From Lama glama (taxonomy: Eukaryota), in the NCBI GenBank assembly GCA_028534125.1, contig CM052816.1:97838001-97902000 (forward strand): 64,000 bases of DNA. Direction: 5' to 3'. Made by a program: the position numbers and the translations under genes. Shown piece after piece: positions 58,335 through 64,000 of this stretch. Within the stretch, counting starts at the first letter, position 1; the number at the start of each line of letters is the position of its first letter. Below the pieces are notes generated by a model, which saw nothing but the letters and a program-made list of their open reading frames with translations, ran no database searches and was not told the origin of the DNA.

Positions 58335-58754
58335 ACTGGGAGGGTTAATTTTCTGTGTCAGCTTGGCTAGGCCATAGTGCCCAGTCGTGTGGTCAAACAC
58401 TAATCTAGACATTCCTGGGAAGGTATTTTGTAGGTGTCATTAATATTTACAATCAATTGACTTGAAGTAAAAATTCCCTTTGATAACGTGGGTGGGCCTC
58501 ATCCAATCAGTTGAAGGCCTTAAGAGAAAAAACGTGTTTCTCCAGAGGATGAGGAATTCTGCCTCAAGACTGCAACATCACCTCCTGCCCGAGTTTCTAG
58601 CCTACCTTCCTGCGGGCCTGCCCTACAGACTTCAGACTTGTTAGCCCCACAGTTGCATGAGCTCACTGCTTAAAATAAATCTTTTTATATCCATTTGTCT
58701 ATCTACCCATCCACCCTATTGGTTCTATTTCTCTGAAAAACCCTGACTGATACA
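58335..58754 (+). mobile_element. ERVL LTR (MLT2D-like) solo LTR
   Basis: ggttaattttctgtgtcagcttggctaggcc...gggtgggcctcatccaatcagttgaaggcc...accctgactgataca. Confidence 0.85.
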
Positions 58755-59189
58755 GGTACATATTTAAAATACAACGCAAATGTCAAAACAAGTGTACCCG
58801 TACAAGGAACAGACTTTCTGATAGAACCGTCCATTTGACTTTCTCTGTCAACCGAATAAAATTCATTAGAGAATTGACCGTGATGTTAGAGAAAATCAAG
58901 TCACTAACAAGTAACTGATACTTCCTGGCCACAGACTATATTTCTAATTTGATTATGAAAAGCTTTTGATATTCAATAATGTTAATATATGATTTAACTT
59001 TCCATCACTTATGCATATGAACATTGTGGCCTTGACTTTCATTATTGAATCATGTAGTTTCGTGGGAAAAAGTAATATCTTGCTATGGTTACTGGGGAGG
59101 GGTCTGTAGATCTGGGGATAAAGTCACTCTCTGAGAGTGATGCTAGGCAGAGTCAAGAGAAGCCGAGGGGACTGGCTATGAGAAGACAC

Positions 59190-60200
59190 TTCAGATCCAA
59201 GATGCTTAAATCTGGAGCTGGTGGTCCTCCCGAGAATCCTCCCCCAACCCTGTAGGCCCCATTTCTGCTAACAATGGCACCTCCATCTTTCCAGTTGCTC
59301 AGACCAAAAAAACTTGAAGTCACCCTTTATTCCTCTCTTTCTGTTTTACCTCTAGCTCTTCCCTCCCTGGGCACCCAGCACCCAGCCCCTTCCAGCGTCC
59401 CTGCTGCTGACACCTCGGTCCCAGCCACCATCACCTCTGCCTCAAGTTCAGCTGTAACAGCCTTGCTCCTGCAGACTGAAACTCTGCATCCCTCAAAGTT
59501 CATGTGGTGAAAACCCCATGCCAAAGTGATCCTGGTAGGAGGTGGGACCTTCGGGCGGTGATCAGGTCACAAGGGTGGAGCCCTCACGAGTGGGGTCAGT
59601 GTCTTTATAAAAGAGGCCCCTGAGAGCTCCCTGGCTCTTTCTGCCACTGGAGGATGGGAAAAATCTGCGACAGAGAAGAGGGCTGGCATTGACCCCGCTG
59701 GCACCCTGATCTCAGACTCCCAGCCCCTAGAATTGTGCACAATAAAGGTCTGCTATTTATAACCATGCCTGTCACGGGTGTGCTGGTGCAGCAGCCGGCC
59801 CTGCTCCCACCGTTCGCCTCCACCCCTGCCCCCTGGCCCCTGCCTTAGATCTTGCCCCTCCGCCCGCGACAGGCATGCCCCTGACTCAGTCCTCCCCTCC
59901 TTCTCAGCCAAGGCTGCCAGGATAGTTCTATCCAGCACCCCCTTCTCTCCTTCCCCCACACTCCTGATACCCCAACTCCTGCCTTAATTTGCCATCCTTT
60001 TCCCTACAGCACTTACCGCCTTCCAGCATGCTATAGAATTCACTTCTTTACTGTATTTATCATTTCTATTCTGTCTTCCTCCACCAGAATATGAGCTTTG
60101 TTCACCGATGTTTGTAGGCACTGCACGGTGCCTGGAACGTGCACACAGTAGGTCGCCATTAACTACTGGCTGAGTGAATAAATGAAGGATGAGTCAGAGT
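59190..60200 (+). mobile_element. L2 3' fragment interrupted by an MLT1A-like LTR (~59470-59800)
   Basis: L2 phrases ccatctttccagttgctcagaccaaaaaacttga and gtgcctggaac...tgaataaatgaa; MLT1A phrase aggtgggaccttcggg...gagggcccc. Confidence 0.72.
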
Positions 60201-61574
60201 ACCTCGTACTTGGGGTGAGGCTGGGGGACATCAGTGACTTCCAAGACCTCCTCGCCAATCAGGGGCTGTTCCTACAGCCACATGTGGTGGACAATCAAGG
60301 ATGCGCTGGCCAACAAGCCCAGGAGCCAGTGTGAAGAAAGGACGGCTCACAGGGGGCCCGAGAAGACAGAGAAGCTGGCGTGGACCAAGGGAAGGGAAGC
60401 GCCCAGCAGGGGCCTCTCCAGGACCAAGTGATGTCTCCTTGGAGAACACCTGCTCCCCCTTGCTTATCTCACACTCAGCCAAGGAAGCTCTGACCACCAG
60501 TGGAGCCTCCCAGGTACCGGAACGGGTGCTGGGACAGGAGGCCTCGTTATTCTGTCTGTTGGACAGACAGCTCCCAAGTTGGATGTCCCTCGGTGGCATT
60601 CTGACTGGCACATCGTCCCCGTGGTTGGTCCTGCATGTCCCCCGAAGCAGACCTGTGGTTGTGAAACACTGCACCTCACCCCCTGCCTGCCCGGCAGCCT
60701 GCGGCTCCTTTCCACAGAGCCCGGGGGTCGGGGAGGAGCAGACACATCAGGAGGGCAGTTCTCGAGCCCAGTGCTCTGTGCCCGGCCCCTTGACCCCTTC
60801 AGTAGGGAAAGGACAAACGGAAGAACCACAGAGCCCAGCGCCGGCCTCCATGCTAGCCTCCCCGGAAGGGAGGGCAGCCGAGTCCCCATCTCCAGAGATT
60901 TCCGAGAGCCCTTCCATCCTGGGGCCGGGAGTGACCCCTGGAAGGATGCAGAAAGCCTTTGTAGAGCGTGCGGATGGAGGGTAGCCCCAGACCCAAGGTG
61001 GGCAGTCCGAGCTGTCACCACCCAAGCAGAGACCCAATGCGCCACTGCCCTGTGTCCAAAAAGGTGGGAGGAAGGAAGAACTGAAGGAAAGAATGAAGGA
61101 GAGAATGAATGAAGGAAGAAAGGGACTGGGGAGGGAGGAAGGAAAATAATTGCTCACCTCCCTGAAATAAAAATAGCTGTTTACTGCCAGTATCAAATAT
61201 GAAACAGGCCGCTCTCCTGTGTGTGATCAGGAAAACACAGAGGTGCATGGCACGGCCCTCACTGCCACTTATCTCTTAGGGGGAGAACACGAGAAACAAT
61301 CATGGAAAAACCCACTAAATTCACTCTGTATAAATGACAAGTGTTGTTACTTCAAAGGAGGCAAGTTGATGAGAGGTCAAGTTCACCGAAGAAGGCTTAA
61401 TTAATACCGGGGGCAGACCCTGAGCTGAGCGAAGAGCCACCTTGCCAAGGGGTCCCTGTTTTGGTGATTCAGATACTGTCCCATTTAGTCAGAAGAACAA
61501 CTCTGCAAGGGAACTAGTCTTGTTTCCGCTTTACAGATGAGGAGACCAAGGCTTAGAGCAGTAAGAGGTATGAA

Positions 61575-62360
61575 CACAGTCAGGATGGCCTTCATTAAAA
61601 AGCCTACAAACCATAAATGCTGGAGAGGCTGTGGAGAAATGGGAACCCTCCTACACTGTTGGTGGGAATGTAGTTTGGTGCAGCCATTATGGAAAACAGT
61701 ATGGAAATTCCTCAAAAAACTAAAAATAGACTTACCATATGATCCAGCAATCCCACTCCTGGGCATATATCTGGAATTTGAAAATATACATGCACCCCAG
61801 TGTTCATAGCAGCACCATTTACAATAGCCAAGACATGGAAACTACCTGAATGTCCATCGACAGAGGACCGGATAAAGAAGTTGTGGTGTATTTATACAAT
61901 GGAATACTACTTAGCCATAAAAAGAATAAAATAATGCCATTTGCAGCAATGGGGATGGACCTGGAGATCATCATTCTATGTGAAGTAAACCAGAAAGAGA
62001 AAGAAAAATACCATACGATATCACTCATATGTGAAATAAAAAAAAAGACACGAATTTATTTACAAAACAGAAATAAACTCACAAACATAGAAAACAAACT
62101 TATGGTTACTGGGTTGCAGGGGTGGGAAGGGATAAACTAAGAGTTCGAGATTTGCAGATACCAACTTCTATATATAAAACAGATAAGCAACAGGGTCCTA
62201 CTGTATAGCATAGGGAACTATATTCAATATCTTGTAGTAACCTGTAATGAAAAAGAATATGAAAACGAATATCTGTATATGTCTTACTGAAACATGATGC
62301 TGTACACCAGAAATTGGCACAGCATTGTAAACTGACTGTACTTCAATTAAAAAAAAAAAA
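61575..62360 (+). mobile_element. 5'-truncated L1 (ORF2 C-terminus, 3'UTR, poly(A)), inserted into a MIR
   Basis: Encodes [52 protein letters not shown]; artiodactyl-type 3'UTR; A-tail ~62349-62360. Confidence 0.92.
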
Positions 62361-63184
62361 CAGGAGTGTGAGGAGTCCCGTAGCTGGTGAGGGGTGGGGC
62401 CGGGAGCCTGTCCAGAACTCCTGACTCTTTACTGCAACCGCTTGGGCCACTGCCAGGGATGGGCTAGATGCGAGAAAGGGACTCTAACCTGGCCTTGAGG
62501 AGGGGTGCCATGGTTGGGGCGCCCCTCCCACGGGTGTCGGGTGTCCGGCGTGCTAGCTCACCACGTGGCCTGCAGCAGCGGCCAAGACCAGCTCCAGGAC
62601 AGTGGTAGCTCTACACTGGAGGGAGGCAATGAGAGAATGCACCCAGATATACACACAAGCACACCCAGCGGCTCAAGTCTCAGACAAGCCCTGCTACACC
62701 CATTCGTGTCTCCTTTCTCCGTTTTGAAACCAAGTAGCTATAATCTGCCAGGTTAAAAATGTTCCCCTACTCACTCACCACCTTGACTGGAAATTGTAGT
62801 CGCCGGATCCAGCCCAGTAAATTCAGGCAGGGATATAAATATTTAAAGAAATTCAAAAGCAATTTCCTTGAAAAGCAAAGAATTACTTATTCTTTGAGAA
62901 CAATCACCACTTAATTTATTATGGATGTCCACATATTAGATTATTTTCAATAAAACATGTCTTAAGAGTATTTTCAAGTCTTCTTAGAAATGAAGAGTAC
63001 ATTTAAGATTTCCTTTTCAATGCAGGTATGAAATAATTCATAGCAAATAGGTGCCTCAGACATAATAAAAACCTCGAAGTGGTTTTTAATATTCTCCAAA
63101 AGGTGATGGAGTCTTTTTGATGGCCAGTGACTCATCTTCTTCATCTTATTTATCATCTGAATCGTGGTCTGGCTCCCTTAGATA

Positions 63185-63330
63185 GGGGGTCAAGAATTAT
63201 GGCCTGTGGGCCAGTTCCAGCCCACTTCCTGCCTTCATAAATAAAGCTGTACTGGGACCCAGCCATGTGGGTTTGGTCCATGTTGTCTCTGGCTGCTTTT
63301 GTGTTAGGACATCAGAGTTGAGCATCTGTG
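63185..63330 (+). mobile_element. MER58A-like hAT MITE fragment
   Basis: ggggtcaagaattatggcctgtgggcca...taaataaagctgtactggga...gtctctggctgctttt. Confidence 0.75.
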
Positions 63331-64000
63331 ATTGGGACTCCCCTGATTGGGCTGGCGTCCACTTCAAGGGCTCCTCCACGTTGTGCAGAACCAACTATAA
63401 AGCAATTGAGGGTGTCTCCTTCTCGGTCAACTAGTTGCAACGAACTTCCCACAAGGAAAAGGAGGCGACTTAACAGGGACAGGGGTCAGGGTTGGAACCA
63501 CATGCTAATGCAACCTTCATATGTCTTCTGCACCAGCTGGAGGCCAAGTGCACAGACACAACATCCACTTGGCAATGACGTGCTGATGCACTCACCTGAA
63601 CTTGGTAGGTGGGACAGCACCTAGACCAGAATGGAGAGTTCAGGTCTCACAGACACTGATCCAAAGCTCCATAGTTCCCAGGGCCTGGTACCAAGCCAGG
63701 TGCTTTTATTCAAAGAGGAGAATGTCGCTCTGCAGAAGAGAGGTCTCTGCTCCAAAGTCTGCAGTTCTGTCCTGTGATTCTTGTGTCGGGCTTGGCGGGG
63801 AGGCCACACCCTTGGGGCACCACTGGATCTGCCCTGTCCTGAGGCTCAGGTGGCAGTGCAATTTGGATCACAACCTGTACCTGCTCCAGGACCTTCTCTT
63901 GGTCTGAAACCCCACTGAAAGCTGATGGCCTTTCAGGTTACTCTGTAGATGAGCTGGAATAACACACTCAGGTGTGGTACATGTTTATGGTGCTCCGTAG

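Noticed and set aside
62974..63156. 60-aa AT-rich ORF (MINKMKKMSHW...)
   Set aside because: No recognisable homology, stops in the continuing frame, and no convincing splice structure.
37300..64000. Expected syntenic neighbour SRD5A1 (recalled as upstream of TENT4A in human)
   Set aside because: No steroid-reductase-like exon or peptide seen; it probably lies beyond the right edge.

Overview
Mammalian genomic DNA, most likely camelid (alpaca/llama/camel-type tRNA-derived SINE and artiodactyl-type L1 3' ends; inference). The left 36 kb holds the first ten coding exons of TENT4A (PAPD7/POLS, non-canonical poly(A) polymerase) on the minus strand. All nine introns between them are GT-AG with consistent phases, giving 1851 nt (617 codons); the gene continues off the left edge. 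A CpG-island promoter lies at ~35.2-37.3 kb. The right 27 kb is intergenic and repeat-rich (MaLR/ERVL LTRs, L1, L2, MIR, hAT MITEs), and I found no second protein-coding gene. The most notable unexplained items are: a perfect 22-bp-stem/8-nt-loop inverted repeat in TENT4A intron 1; a retroposed SNORA61-like H/ACA snoRNA copy; a translational-control arrangement in exon 1 (uORF, G4, weak tandem AUGs); a dense AP-1 site cluster; and local AT-to-GC drift in old repeats. Repeat family names and comparisons with human sequences are from memory and need Dfam/Rfam/BLAST confirmation. Repeat boundaries are approximate.
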